This document shows, in pieces, positions 48,673 through 57,298 of a stretch of 64,000 nt of DNA. Origin of the DNA: a candidate division WOR-3 bacterium (GTDB lineage: Bacteria > Hydrothermota > Tepidihabitantia > Tepidihabitantales > CAIPLT01). Every line of letters starts with the position of its first letter. Positions within the stretch are counted from its first letter, which is position 1. A program made the position numbers and the translations under genes. The notes under the pieces were generated by a model. That model saw nothing but the letters and a program-made list of their open reading frames with translations, was not told the origin of the DNA and did no database searches. The stretch is from NCBI GenBank assembly GCA_039801505.1, contig JBDRUV010000001.1, forward strand, positions 198,714 through 262,713, read 5' to 3'.

Positions 48673-48843
48673 ATAATAATATATAAAATTATTTTCAATT
48701 GACAAGTCATTAGTTAAGTACCAGGTTATTAGTGGGACATGTTTGATTTTTATTTCTATTATGTATGCTGACGAGTTACCTCTTTTAGCGATAGCTCGCA
48801 AGATGCTTTAGGTTGTTTGATATTTACATGAGAACCCCTATAC

Positions 48844-48880
48844 CCCCGGACCGTCCCCCTACCGTAGGGGGTACCAGGGG
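48844..48880. repeat. GC-rich intergenic repeat, copy 5 (CCCCCGGACCGTCCCCCTACCGTAGGGGGTACCAGGGG)
   Basis: Same 5' module. Its palindromic module is CCCCCTACCGTAGGGGG. It lies 50 bp upstream of the ncRNA promoter. Confidence 0.5.
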
Positions 48881-48927
48881 CTATAACTTGATTAGTCCCG
48901 AAATATCTCGGGGCCGGCAATAAGGAC

Positions 48928-48956
48928 TTGACAGGGGCTAATAATTTGTCTATAAT
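48928..48956 (+). promoter_or_regulatory. Consensus sigma70 promoter (TTGACA at 48928-33, 17-nt spacer, TATAAT at 48951-56) driving the structured RNA
   Basis: Read directly. Confidence 0.55.
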
Positions 48957-48962
48957 TATATA

Positions 48963-49160
48963 GATGCTTTGGGTGCTGAAAGTAAAAAAGATTGGAAATG
49001 GCTTAAGGATTAGGGAAAGGTGTTCTCAGACACCCACCCTTAAGCATCTTAACCTCCTTCATCGCTATTCAGACCCCGAATAGCGATGCACAATCCGAAC
49101 CCTCCTTTCAGATGTCTGAGAACTTGACCCCACTTTCCCTAATCCTTATTATTTTTTTAT
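48963..49160 (+). ncRNA. Candidate structured non-coding RNA (6S-like architecture, or a cis-leader of the Mut7-C gene)
   Basis: Closing helix: 49004-49019 pairs with 49133-49148 (16 bp), and 49022-49032 pairs with 49113-49123 (11 bp). A central region has two unpaired C-rich strands of about 25 nt each, flanking a 10-bp terminal hairpin (49061-70 with 49078-87). The 3' T-run lies at 49149-49160. The sequence has no ORF. Confidence 0.5.
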
Positions 49161-49164
49161 AAAA

Positions 49165-49635
49165 ATGGCCGTACGATTTCTGGTAGATTTTATGCTCGGC
49201 AAGCTGGCTCGAGAGTTAAGAATTTTAGGCTTTGATACCGAATATTTATCTTATAATAAAATCATCAATAAAACCCCATTAGAAATATTACAAACGGCAC
49301 AAAAAGAGAATCGGATTCTATTAACCCGCACCCGAAAACTTAAAGACTATCCCGCAGTGCTTTTTATTGAAAGTGATAATGTCGGTAAGCAGGTTATTCA
49401 AGTGTTAGATTATTTTAAGCTGCACAATGAAATTAAACCTGGCAGCCGCTGTCTTCTTTGTAATAACGAACTTACCCCGATACCTAAAGAGGTAGTTAAA
49501 AATCGCGTACCTTATTATGTGTATAAGACCCAATCAGATTTTGTTTTTTGTACCCAATGCCAAAAAATTTATTGGCCCGGTAGTCACTATTTAGATATGC
49601 AAAACCGAATTAAGGCGTATTTGTCCTCAAAATAA
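49165..49635 (+). CDS. Mut7-C RNase domain protein (DUF82, PIN-like nuclease with a C-terminal zinc ribbon)
   Basis: MAVRFLVDFMLGKLARELRILGFDTEY... is the Mut7-C signature. The C-terminus has CLLCN...CTQC. Confidence 0.7.
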   Translation: MAVRFLVDFMLGKLARELRILGFDTEYLSYNKIINKTPLEILQTAQKENRILLTRTRKLKDYPAVLFIESDNVGKQVIQVLDYFKLHNEIKPGSRCLLCNNELTPIPKEVVKNRVPYYVYKTQSDFVFCTQCQKIYWPGSHYLDMQNRIKAYLSSK

Positions 49636-49636
49636 T

Positions 49637-50419
49637 TTAGCGAGTTTTCTTGAGAGTTTTTATTAGACCAGCAAACTCTTGTTCTGGGTCGAGCCGAATC
49701 TTGCCTTTATCGGTTAACTCCCATAGTTCAAAATGGAGATGTGGCGCTTTAGCTTTACCTGAGGATCCGACATAACCAATTACATCTCCGGCCTTAACTT
49801 GATCGTCTTTCTTTTTTATTACCTTATGTAAATGTCCATAAAAGGCCAAGTATTTATCGTAAGCCATAAGTTTAATATAATTACCATAAAAGGTATCGTA
49901 ACCAACCTCAATAATATAACCCGGAGCTACAGCATAGACTGGCATTCCCAACTGGGTCGCGAAATCAACTCCGTCGTGGTTCTCGCTTAGTCGGCCCGTG
50001 ATAATAAAATTAGTGGTGGGTAGTATTTGCCATTTTTTAGCGGTGTCTTTAATTTCGGGGGTGGGCAAGGGCGCATATATTTCGGCTAATTTGTTTATAT
50101 CCAATGGAGGCGGGTTTTTGTCAGCCCCAAGCATGAGCGCAATTTTTGCGTATTCGTCTTCTAAATATTTTAATTTATTGGCAAGTTCAACCACTTTCTT
50201 ATTCTGCTCTTCTAACTCAATATTTCGTTGGCTAAGATAGCTAATCAGAAGATGCTGTTGATTTGTATAGCCAACAAGAAATATTCCAACTACACCTAGT
50301 AGTAAAACTCCAATAGCTGCGGCCAACAAAAGATAAAATTGCCAAGACTTCAGCCGATACTGGTAACTTTTCGGCCGATCTAGGCGCGTCACAATAATTT
50401 CAAACTCGGGCCCCGGCAT
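49637..50419 (-). CDS. M23 family metallopeptidase with an N-terminal TM and coiled coil
   Basis: It has a LytM domain (HDGVDF...GKAKAPHLHFEL). Confidence 0.75.
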   Translation of the reverse strand: MPGPEFEIIVTRLDRPKSYQYRLKSWQFYLLLAAAIGVLLLGVVGIFLVGYTNQQHLLISYLSQRNIELEEQNKKVVELANKLKYLEDEYAKIALMLGADKNPPPLDINKLAEIYAPLPTPEIKDTAKKWQILPTTNFIITGRLSENHDGVDFATQLGMPVYAVAPGYIIEVGYDTFYGNYIKLMAYDKYLAFYGHLHKVIKKKDDQVKAGDVIGYVGSSGKAKAPHLHFELWELTDKGKIRLDPEQEFAGLIKTLKKTR

Positions 50420-50421
50420 GA

Positions 50422-51312
50422 CTAAAAGCTAATTTTACCCCCTAAGATTAATGATACCAGTCGGTTTAAATCACTGTCTGAATAAAAATCGATTTGCACG
50501 ACTCCCCGATTTTTAGTCTTAATAATACGCACCTTGGTCCGTAAGTGTTCTTGCAATTTTTCCTCCAGTGTTGCCAAATGAATGTCTTTAGGCTTTGGTT
50601 CGGACCTTGGCGTAAAACGGACCGTCGTCCGTTTTTTACCAAAACACAGCTCTTCGGTTTCGCGCACTGTTAAGCCTTCTTTTATAATTCGTTCGCAAAT
50701 TTCTTCTTGGAGTCTGCGATCGGTAAGTGCCAATAAAGCCCGAGCATGACCTTCGGTAATTTTTCGGTTAATCAAATAATTCTGTACAGTTTCAGGCAGC
50801 ATTAGCAGTCTTAAGGCATTGGTAATTGTCGAGCGGCTTTTACCGACCTTTTGAGCAATCATTTCATGCGTCAAAGAAAAGTCTTCCATTAATTGTTTGT
50901 AAGCTAATGCTTCATCGATCGGATTTAAGTCCGTGCGCTGGAGATTTTCAATTAGCGCCCACTCGAGCATTTCTTGATCGGTCAATTCTTTTATAATTGC
51001 TGGGATCTCTTTTAGGCCCGCTAACTTGGCAGCCCGGAGTCGGCGTTCTCCAACGACTAATTCGTAATTTATTTTATCGGCCTCGTTAACATTTTTTCGC
51101 GTCCTTACAACTATAGGTTGAATTATACCTTTTTCTTTAATCGAAGCCACCAAATCTGAAATGTCTTCCTCAGGATTTTTGCGGGGTTGATAAGGATTGG
51201 GTTTAATTTCGTCCACTAAAAGATATTGGATAGCATCTGGCTCTGCACTGACTCTCGTGACATCGCCAGAAATTAAAGCGTCAAGTCCTTTACCCAAGAC
51301 TTTTTTGGTCAT
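50422..51312 (-). CDS. parB: Chromosome partitioning protein ParB
   Basis: It has a ParB box (...VVGERRLRAAKLAGL...) and an HTH. It lies downstream of parA. Confidence 0.9.
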   Translation of the reverse strand: MTKKVLGKGLDALISGDVTRVSAEPDAIQYLLVDEIKPNPYQPRKNPEEDISDLVASIKEKGIIQPIVVRTRKNVNEADKINYELVVGERRLRAAKLAGLKEIPAIIKELTDQEMLEWALIENLQRTDLNPIDEALAYKQLMEDFSLTHEMIAQKVGKSRSTITNALRLLMLPETVQNYLINRKITEGHARALLALTDRRLQEEICERIIKEGLTVRETEELCFGKKRTTVRFTPRSEPKPKDIHLATLEEKLQEHLRTKVRIIKTKNRGVVQIDFYSDSDLNRLVSLILGGKISF

Positions 51313-51330
51313 TCCCGTGCCTTAAAATAA

Positions 51331-52125
51331 TTAATTATTACTTTTAAGCTGATTAGAGATTTTTCCCTGCTTTAGTAAAAATTCCTGAGCTAGTTCCCGG
51401 TACGCAATAGCACCACGCGAATTGCGGTCATATTGAAAAATTGTCTTTCCAAAACTTGGAGCTTCAGCTAAGCGAATTGATCGCGGAATTATTGTTTCAT
51501 ATACTTTATCTTTGAAATAATTTCTTACATCTTCGGCAACTTGCTGAGACAAATTGGTGTTTGATGTGTACATCGTTAAAATAATGCCTTCGATTTCTAA
51601 ATTGGGATTAATGTGCTTTTTAACCAGGTTGATCGTATCTAAAAGCCGGGCAATTCCTTCTAGCGCATAATATTCACACTGAATTGGAATAAGCACACTA
51701 TCAGCCGCTACCAAACCATTAATTGTTAGGAGCCCTAATGTTGGTGGGCAGTCGATAAAAATAAAACTATAAGTATCTTTTAGATTCTTTAAGGCTCGCT
51801 TTAAACGATTTTCACGGTCAAGCATTGTTACTAGTTCTACCTCAGCGCCGGCCAGTTGAATGTTAGAAGGCAACAGATAAAAGTTGTCTGTAATTTTAAC
51901 TATAATCTCTTCGGTTTTAGTTTCGTCAAGAATTGCATTGTAAACAGACTGTTTCACTGTAGCTTTTTCAATGCCCAATCCTAAAGTTGAATGGGCCTGA
52001 GGATCTAAGTCGACCAAAAGAATGTTTTCACCTTCTAGAGCTAATGCGGCCGAGAGATTGATCGCAGTGGTTGTTTTACCTACCCCGCCTTTTTGGTTCG
52101 TAATTGTTATAGTTTTTGCTGGCAT
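51331..52125 (-). CDS. parA: Chromosome partitioning ATPase ParA/Soj
   Basis: It has a deviant Walker A (KGGVGKTTTAINL). Confidence 0.9.
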   Translation of the reverse strand: MPAKTITITNQKGGVGKTTTAINLSAALALEGENILLVDLDPQAHSTLGLGIEKATVKQSVYNAILDETKTEEIIVKITDNFYLLPSNIQLAGAEVELVTMLDRENRLKRALKNLKDTYSFIFIDCPPTLGLLTINGLVAADSVLIPIQCEYYALEGIARLLDTINLVKKHINPNLEIEGIILTMYTSNTNLSQQVAEDVRNYFKDKVYETIIPRSIRLAEAPSFGKTIFQYDRNSRGAIAYRELAQEFLLKQGKISNQLKSNN

Positions 52126-52177
52126 TGTAATACACCATACCTAAGATTTATAAAAATGTCAATAAACAAATTGGCTA

Positions 52178-53611
52178 TTACTGCGATTGAGGATAGTGGG
52201 TTTTAACATATTCATACCCTTCTTGTTTAGTGGTTATTTTGCCTTCCAGCTGAAGTTCTTCTAGCTCCTGAAGAATTACTTTAAAAATCGGCCCGGGCTT
52301 GTAACCCCAACTGATTAAATCATCCCCAGTGATAAGTCTAATGACTTTCTTTTTAGCTTCGTCGGTTCGTTTTAACATCAACATTCGGTTAATAGTAGTT
52401 TCTAAATGGTCAACGCGTCCAGCGGTAGCATAGCCATCAGCATAAGTAAGCATCATTAATCCAAAGTATTCTTCGCCAACATCTCGGAAAAACCGCCTTA
52501 TCGCACGGTCGGTCAGAACTGGGGCGGTGGCTAAAAGATGTAATCGCATATGGTTCTGTACTAAATTTTTAAGCATTAAGGACTGCTGGCGCGAGAGTTT
52601 TAGATTTTCTCGGGCAATTCGTAAAATAAGTCGTGCCCCTAAGTTGTCATGACCATAAAAATGGATATCACCATCTTCAGTAGAAAATTGGGTATCCGGT
52701 TTACCAATGTCATGAAATAACCCAGCAATTTTTAATAGTGCCTTTCGAAATGGTAAGGCGTTAAAATAGTTAGCTTTTTCTTTAGGAAAGTTATCAAAAA
52801 AACTCTGATTGGCCAAAATTTCTTCTAGTTTTTTATAGGTGCGAAGTGAATGATTAAAAAGCATTGGATCATCAAAAAGTTTTTGGGCTATGGGGAAGAT
52901 GTTTTGAAGTATCCCTAAACGGTAAAGCAACCTGATGTAAAAGTACGATCGGTCAGTTTCAGTGATTCGCAAAAATTCATAACTGATTCGTTCTGGAGCT
53001 ACCGTTGAAAGATCGAGCCCGGTCGCCATAGCGATCAACTTTTTATCGATCCGGAAATTTAGGGTCAGAGCTAATCGGGCGGCTCGTAAAATTCGCAATG
53101 GATCTAATGTTAAGGAATTTTCACTTACCGGGGCTATTAGTCTTGTTCTCAGGTGCTTGATACCACCAACTTCATCGATTATGTGTTTGGGATTTTTTAG
53201 CGATAATGCTAGGGCGTTGATCGTAAAATCACGCCGATATAGATCATCAGTAAGGGTTCGGTTATTTAGGCCATTAAAATCAAAGATAAGATTCTTATCA
53301 ACGACAACCCGAGCTTCGTCGTCGCCTTGAGAAAGAATTACTAATGCCCCTTTAGTTTCTCGAGCGAATTGTCTGGCAAAGGTAATCCCCTGGCCGGATA
53401 CTACAAAATCGAAATCACAAGGAATACGGTCCAAAAGTAGATCCCGTAATGCCCCACCAACAAGATAAATTTCTTTATTCGATGCTAGTTTTAATAACGT
53501 ATCAATAAATGGTTTTATTCCTTCCAATTTACAAATTTTTTCGAATACTTGTTGTCCCCTGGGAACGACCTTAACACTTGAAGTAGAGAACTCGCTTTTA
53601 GCCGGTTTCAT
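52178..53611 (-). CDS. cca: CCA-adding tRNA nucleotidyltransferase/poly(A) polymerase family with an HD domain
   Basis: It has a Pol-beta nucleotidyltransferase head (GGALRDLLL...DFDF) plus an HD motif (HDIGK). Confidence 0.8.
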   Translation of the reverse strand: MKPAKSEFSTSSVKVVPRGQQVFEKICKLEGIKPFIDTLLKLASNKEIYLVGGALRDLLLDRIPCDFDFVVSGQGITFARQFARETKGALVILSQGDDEARVVVDKNLIFDFNGLNNRTLTDDLYRRDFTINALALSLKNPKHIIDEVGGIKHLRTRLIAPVSENSLTLDPLRILRAARLALTLNFRIDKKLIAMATGLDLSTVAPERISYEFLRITETDRSYFYIRLLYRLGILQNIFPIAQKLFDDPMLFNHSLRTYKKLEEILANQSFFDNFPKEKANYFNALPFRKALLKIAGLFHDIGKPDTQFSTEDGDIHFYGHDNLGARLILRIARENLKLSRQQSLMLKNLVQNHMRLHLLATAPVLTDRAIRRFFRDVGEEYFGLMMLTYADGYATAGRVDHLETTINRMLMLKRTDEAKKKVIRLITGDDLISWGYKPGPIFKVILQELEELQLEGKITTKQEGYEYVKTHYPQSQ

Positions 53612-53676
53612 TTTATTATATTATAACAAATATTTTGAGCTGTCAACACGATAGGATTTATTAGATAAAATTTTTC

Positions 53677-53705
53677 TTGACAAAAGAGTTTTTTAAAATT
53701 ATAAT
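53677..53705 (+). promoter_or_regulatory. cspA promoter (TTGACA-17-TATAAT)
   Basis: -35 at 53677-82 and -10 at 53700-05. It is followed by a 5' UTR of about 125 nt. Confidence 0.5.
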
Positions 53706-53720
53706 CTAACTAGTGCTATT

Positions 53721-53799
53721 AATCTATCTCTTTATTTTTATCGCCTAGCGTATTTCCGAATGCGCTTAAAATTATAGGCGAAAAATAAAGAAATAGATT
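53721..53799 (+). promoter_or_regulatory. Structured cspA 5' UTR element (arms of about 26 nt, nearly perfectly complementary, flanking a 25-nt loop)
   Basis: AATCTATCTCTTTATTTTTATCGCCTAG at 53721-48 pairs with ATAGGCGAAAAATAAAGAAATAGATT at 53774-99. Confidence 0.45.
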
Positions 53800-53833
53800 A
53801 AATTTTATAGCGGAAAGGTGGCGTAAAATAGTA

Positions 53834-54040
53834 GTGCCAGTTTTTGGTAGAGTAAAGTGGTTTGATGGCAAGAAAGGCTTTGGGTTTATAGAAGCCGACG
53901 ACGGTAGTGGTGATATCTTTGTGCATTATGGTGACATTGTTGGTGAGGGGTACCGTACCCTACACGAAGGCGAGCGTGTGCAGTTTGATATCGAGGAAAC
54001 ACCCAAAGGCAAAAAAGCCACGAACGTGGTTAAGTTATAA
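53834..54040 (+). CDS. cspA: Cold-shock protein (CspA family)
   Basis: 68 aa with RNP1 (KGFGFI) and RNP2 (VFVHY) motifs. Confidence 0.92.
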   Translation: MPVFGRVKWFDGKKGFGFIEADDGSGDIFVHYGDIVGEGYRTLHEGERVQFDIEETPKGKKATNVVKL

Positions 54041-54061
54041 CTGAGTTAATTACTCAACAAC

Positions 54062-54115
54062 AAACTGGTGCTTTTTACGTATCGATAGATACAGAAGCAC
54101 CAGTTTTATTTTTAT
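54062..54115 (+). terminator. Intrinsic terminator of cspA (stem AAACTGGTGCTT / AAGCACCAGTTT with a nested GTATC/GATAC hairpin, then TTTTATTTTTAT)
   Basis: Read directly. Confidence 0.65.
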
Positions 54116-54120
54116 CCGAG

Positions 54121-54642
54121 ATGGCAACGGTATATTTAGGGTTAGGGTCGAATATCGGTCCCCAAAAGAAAAATCTCCTAAAAGCCATTAATAAACTTGC
54201 GCGTTTGGATATAAAGATTAAAAAAATATCAGGAATGTATGAAAGTACCTTTGAGGGTTATTCAAAAATTTTTGGCATTTCCATTCCAGCTCCTTGGCCA
54301 CCGGTATTAAATTGTGCTCTACAGGCTGACACTGACTATTCACCTTTTGAAGTACTTCAAAGAATTTTACAGATTGAAAAATCCTTAGGTCGGTTCAGAG
54401 TTTGCGGCATGAGTAATCTGCCTAGAATCATTGATATTGACATTTTATTTTATAATGATATGATAATTACACATAGGATGTTAACCGTACCACATGCACG
54501 ATTGCATATTCGGCCATTTGTGTTAGTCCCTCTTGCAGAAATTGCGCCAAATTTTCGCCATCCGGTTTTTAATAAATCAGTTATGGAACTACTTGGGGAA
54601 TTGCAAAAGAAGGGGGTAAAAAATTGGCCCAAGCTCGTATAG
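54121..54642 (+). CDS. folK: 2-amino-4-hydroxy-6-hydroxymethyldihydropteridine pyrophosphokinase
   Basis: It has MATVYLGLGSNIG... and the HPPK fold. Confidence 0.8.
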   Translation: MATVYLGLGSNIGPQKKNLLKAINKLARLDIKIKKISGMYESTFEGYSKIFGISIPAPWPPVLNCALQADTDYSPFEVLQRILQIEKSLGRFRVCGMSNLPRIIDIDILFYNDMIITHRMLTVPHARLHIRPFVLVPLAEIAPNFRHPVFNKSVMELLGELQKKGVKNWPKLV

Positions 54643-55292
54643 ATAATATCCCCCAGCGGTATATTGCAATTGAAGGGGTTATTGGTGTGGGCAAGACAGC
54701 TTTAGCTACCAAGCTGGCCGAACACATCGGAGCTCGTTTGGTGTTAGAAGAAGTTGAAGAAAACCCATTTCTTAGTAATTTTTATCAAGATATGCAAACT
54801 TATGCTTTAGCGACGCAACTTTTCTTCTTACTATCCCGGCGCCGACAGCAAGAACAGATTGCCCAGTTGGATCTTTTTACACGGCGAGTGGTGAGTGATT
54901 ATTTTTTTGAAAAAGACCGCATCTTTGCTTATCTCACGCTGTCCGATGCTGAGCTAAAGCTTTATGAAAAGATTTATCAATTTTTGGCCAAAGGGCTGCC
55001 GCAACCAGATTTAGTTGTTTATCTGCAAGCCCCAGTGGATGTTCTTTTGGCACGAATTAAAAAGCGTGGTCGAAGTTTTGAACAAGATATTGACCGCAAA
55101 TATTTAGAACTTTTAAGCGACGCTTATAACCATTTTTTCTTGCACTATTCCCAGACAGCCCTGTTAATTGTTGACTGCACTACGATTGATTTTGTAAAAA
55201 ACGACAGCGAATTTTCCGATTTAGTTCAAGAAATCGTGGCCACTACGGCCGGTAAAAAATATTATTCGCCTAAGAGTTCCAAATCAAAATGA
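54624..55292 (+). CDS. Deoxynucleoside kinase (dAK/dGK family)
   Basis: It has a P-loop (IAIEGVIGVGKT), an ERS-like motif and a lid region. Confidence 0.75.
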   Translation: MAQARIDNIPQRYIAIEGVIGVGKTALATKLAEHIGARLVLEEVEENPFLSNFYQDMQTYALATQLFFLLSRRRQQEQIAQLDLFTRRVVSDYFFEKDRIFAYLTLSDAELKLYEKIYQFLAKGLPQPDLVVYLQAPVDVLLARIKKRGRSFEQDIDRKYLELLSDAYNHFFLHYSQTALLIVDCTTIDFVKNDSEFSDLVQEIVATTAGKKYYSPKSSKSK

Positions 55293-56104
55293 GCGAAAAA
55301 ATTACCACAATTTCTTTAATTAAACGAAAAACCGTCGGTAAGAAAATTGTCTGTCTTACTGCTTATGATTATCTAATGGCTAAACTTTTCGATGAGGCTG
55401 GTATCGATCTACTGCTGGTTGGCGATTCGGTGGCTAATGTGGTATATGGATATGAGACAACACTTCCCGTTGGTATGTTAGAAATGCTCGCTCATACCCG
55501 AGCTGTAGCTAAAGCGGTCAAACGAGCTTTAGTTGTGGCTGATATGCCTTTTATGTCCTATCAGGTTTCACCCGAAGAGGCCCTAAGAAATGCTGGTAAA
55601 TTCTTAAAAGCTGGAGCAGAGGCTGTAAAGCTTGAAGGTGGGGCAAGTATTGCTTTTACTATAGAAAAATTAGTGAAATCCGGCATTCCGGTTATGGGAC
55701 ATTTAGGCCTAATGCCCCAATCGGTTCATCTCTTAGGTGGCTATCGTCTTCAAGCTCGCACCCAAGAAGCCCAAGAAAAGCTATTAGAGGATGCTCGGGC
55801 CTTAGAAAATGCCGGATGCTTTGCAATTGTTTTAGAGAAAATTCCGCAGGGTTTAGCTAAAAGAGTCACCGAGACCATCAAGATTCCAACGATTGGTATT
55901 GGGGCTGGGCCATACTGTGATGGCCAAATTTTAGTTTGGCAGGATATGCTTGGGCTTTCGCAGAATAAATTTAAGTTTGTTAAAGAATATACCAATCTCT
56001 ATCAGATTATTTTTAGTGCAGTTAAAAACTATATTCAGGAAGTAAATATCGGGAGCTTTCCCGCCAAGGAGCATAGTTTCGATGATGAGCAAGGTTGTCC
56101 GTAG
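55289..56104 (+). CDS. panB: 3-methyl-2-oxobutanoate hydroxymethyltransferase
   Basis: It has the KPHMT fold (...LTAYDY..., ...GHLGLMPQS...). Confidence 0.88.
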   Translation: MSEKITTISLIKRKTVGKKIVCLTAYDYLMAKLFDEAGIDLLLVGDSVANVVYGYETTLPVGMLEMLAHTRAVAKAVKRALVVADMPFMSYQVSPEEALRNAGKFLKAGAEAVKLEGGASIAFTIEKLVKSGIPVMGHLGLMPQSVHLLGGYRLQARTQEAQEKLLEDARALENAGCFAIVLEKIPQGLAKRVTETIKIPTIGIGAGPYCDGQILVWQDMLGLSQNKFKFVKEYTNLYQIIFSAVKNYIQEVNIGSFPAKEHSFDDEQGCP

Positions 56105-56939
56105 TATCAATGTAATGCAATGCATTGCCCGTGAGCTGCATACTAAGAAAAAAGTTATCGGCTTTGTGCCTACGATGGGTTATCTTCATGCCGGTCATCT
56201 CAGTCTAGTTAACGTGGCTAAAAAATATGCCGATGTGGTTATTGTGAGTATTTTTGTAAATCCGATACAATTCGGTCCTTCGGAAGATTTTAATATTTAT
56301 CCCCGAGATTTTCAACGCGACCGAAGGCTCCTGAGTGCAGCAGGGGTTGCCTATATATTTTATCCGGATATTAACCAGATGTATCCAAAAAGTTATCGGA
56401 CCTACGTGGAAGTAAAAGAACTTTCAGATAAACTGTGTGGTCGCTTTCGAGTTGGTCATTTTGTGGGGGTGACCACTGTGGTTGCGAAACTATTTAATAT
56501 CGTGCAGCCGGATATCGCAGTATTTGGGCAGAAAGATGCCCAGCAAGCAATCATTATTAAACGAATGGTAAAAGACCTTAATTTTCCGGTAAAGATCATT
56601 GTAGCTCCAACGGTCCGAGAAAAAGATGGACTTGCGATGAGTTCTCGAAATGTTTATCTAACAACCGAAGAACGTCAAAAAGCCCCTGTCTTATATCAAG
56701 CCCTTACCATAGCGAAAAGATTAATCGCCCAAGGCGAGCGAGACCCGGCTAAAGTTTTACAAGCAATGCGCACCCTTATCGACGCCGTCCCGGAACTAAA
56801 ACTTGAATATCTTGAGATTGTGGACTTAGATAATTTAGAGCCGGTGCCGATAATCAAAAACAGAGTATTGATTGCCTTAGCGGCTCGATTAGGTAAGGCG
56901 CGTTTAATTGATAATATAATCGTTAAAACTAATGGATAA
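56082..56939 (+). CDS. panC: Pantoate--beta-alanine ligase
   Basis: It has ...VPTMGYLHAGHLSL... (HIGH-type motif). Confidence 0.9.
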   Translation: MMSKVVRSINVMQCIARELHTKKKVIGFVPTMGYLHAGHLSLVNVAKKYADVVIVSIFVNPIQFGPSEDFNIYPRDFQRDRRLLSAAGVAYIFYPDINQMYPKSYRTYVEVKELSDKLCGRFRVGHFVGVTTVVAKLFNIVQPDIAVFGQKDAQQAIIIKRMVKDLNFPVKIIVAPTVREKDGLAMSSRNVYLTTEERQKAPVLYQALTIAKRLIAQGERDPAKVLQAMRTLIDAVPELKLEYLEIVDLDNLEPVPIIKNRVLIALAARLGKARLIDNIIVKTNG

Positions 56940-56996
56940 TCAATTATTTAAAAGCCAAGTTAATCTGGCAGATAGATACCGTTAGCCAGATATAAT

Positions 56997-57038
56997 ACCC
57001 CTCCACTGTGCCTAGACGGTCCCCTACACTGAGGCCTA
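56997..57038. repeat. GC-rich intergenic repeat, copy 6 (CCCCTCCACTGTGCCTAGACGGTCCCCTACACTGAGGCC), inverted orientation
   Basis: Its reverse complement reads GGGGACCGTCTAGGCACAGTGGAGGGG. It lies about 230 bp upstream of the V-ATPase D promoter. Confidence 0.5.
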
Positions 57039-57263
57039 ATATGAAAATTAGGACTAATAGGCTTTGTATGAGAACCACTCTTTTCTTTGGTAGCTCTAAT
57101 TTTCCGTCTATGGCTTCTTACAGATCTCCCCAATATAATTTAATCCATTGGCAGTTTTAGTCTTACAGCAGTAATTAGATATAATCCCTTGAGTGCCTTG
57201 TGAGGAGATTATAAGCTACATGTTCAAAATCAAGTACTTAAAAATAGCATAGTCGAACTTTAC

Positions 57264-57292
57264 TTGACTTTAACAATAATTGTTGATAAAAT
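57264..57292 (+). promoter_or_regulatory. Promoter (-35 TTGACT at 57264-69, 17-nt spacer, -10 TAAAAT at 57287-92). The ATG at 57299 makes this a leaderless start.
   Basis: Read directly. Confidence 0.5.
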
Positions 57293-57298
57293 GTAGCC

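Noticed and set aside
48963-49160. Firm identification as 6S RNA (SsrS)
   Set aside because: The architecture of closing helix, C-rich bubble and terminal hairpin is suggestive. However the terminal stem is short (10 bp), and 40 nt of 5' sequence precede the closing helix. I cannot run a covariance model, so I keep this as a structured ncRNA candidate.
50422-52177. parS site near parAB
   Set aside because: I looked for TGTTTCACGTGAAACA-like palindromes around parAB and did not find a convincing match by eye. This needs a proper search.
961-57038. GC-rich repeats as a CRISPR array
   Set aside because: The copies are tens of kb apart and degenerate, occur in both orientations and have no regular spacers. 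No cas genes are present.
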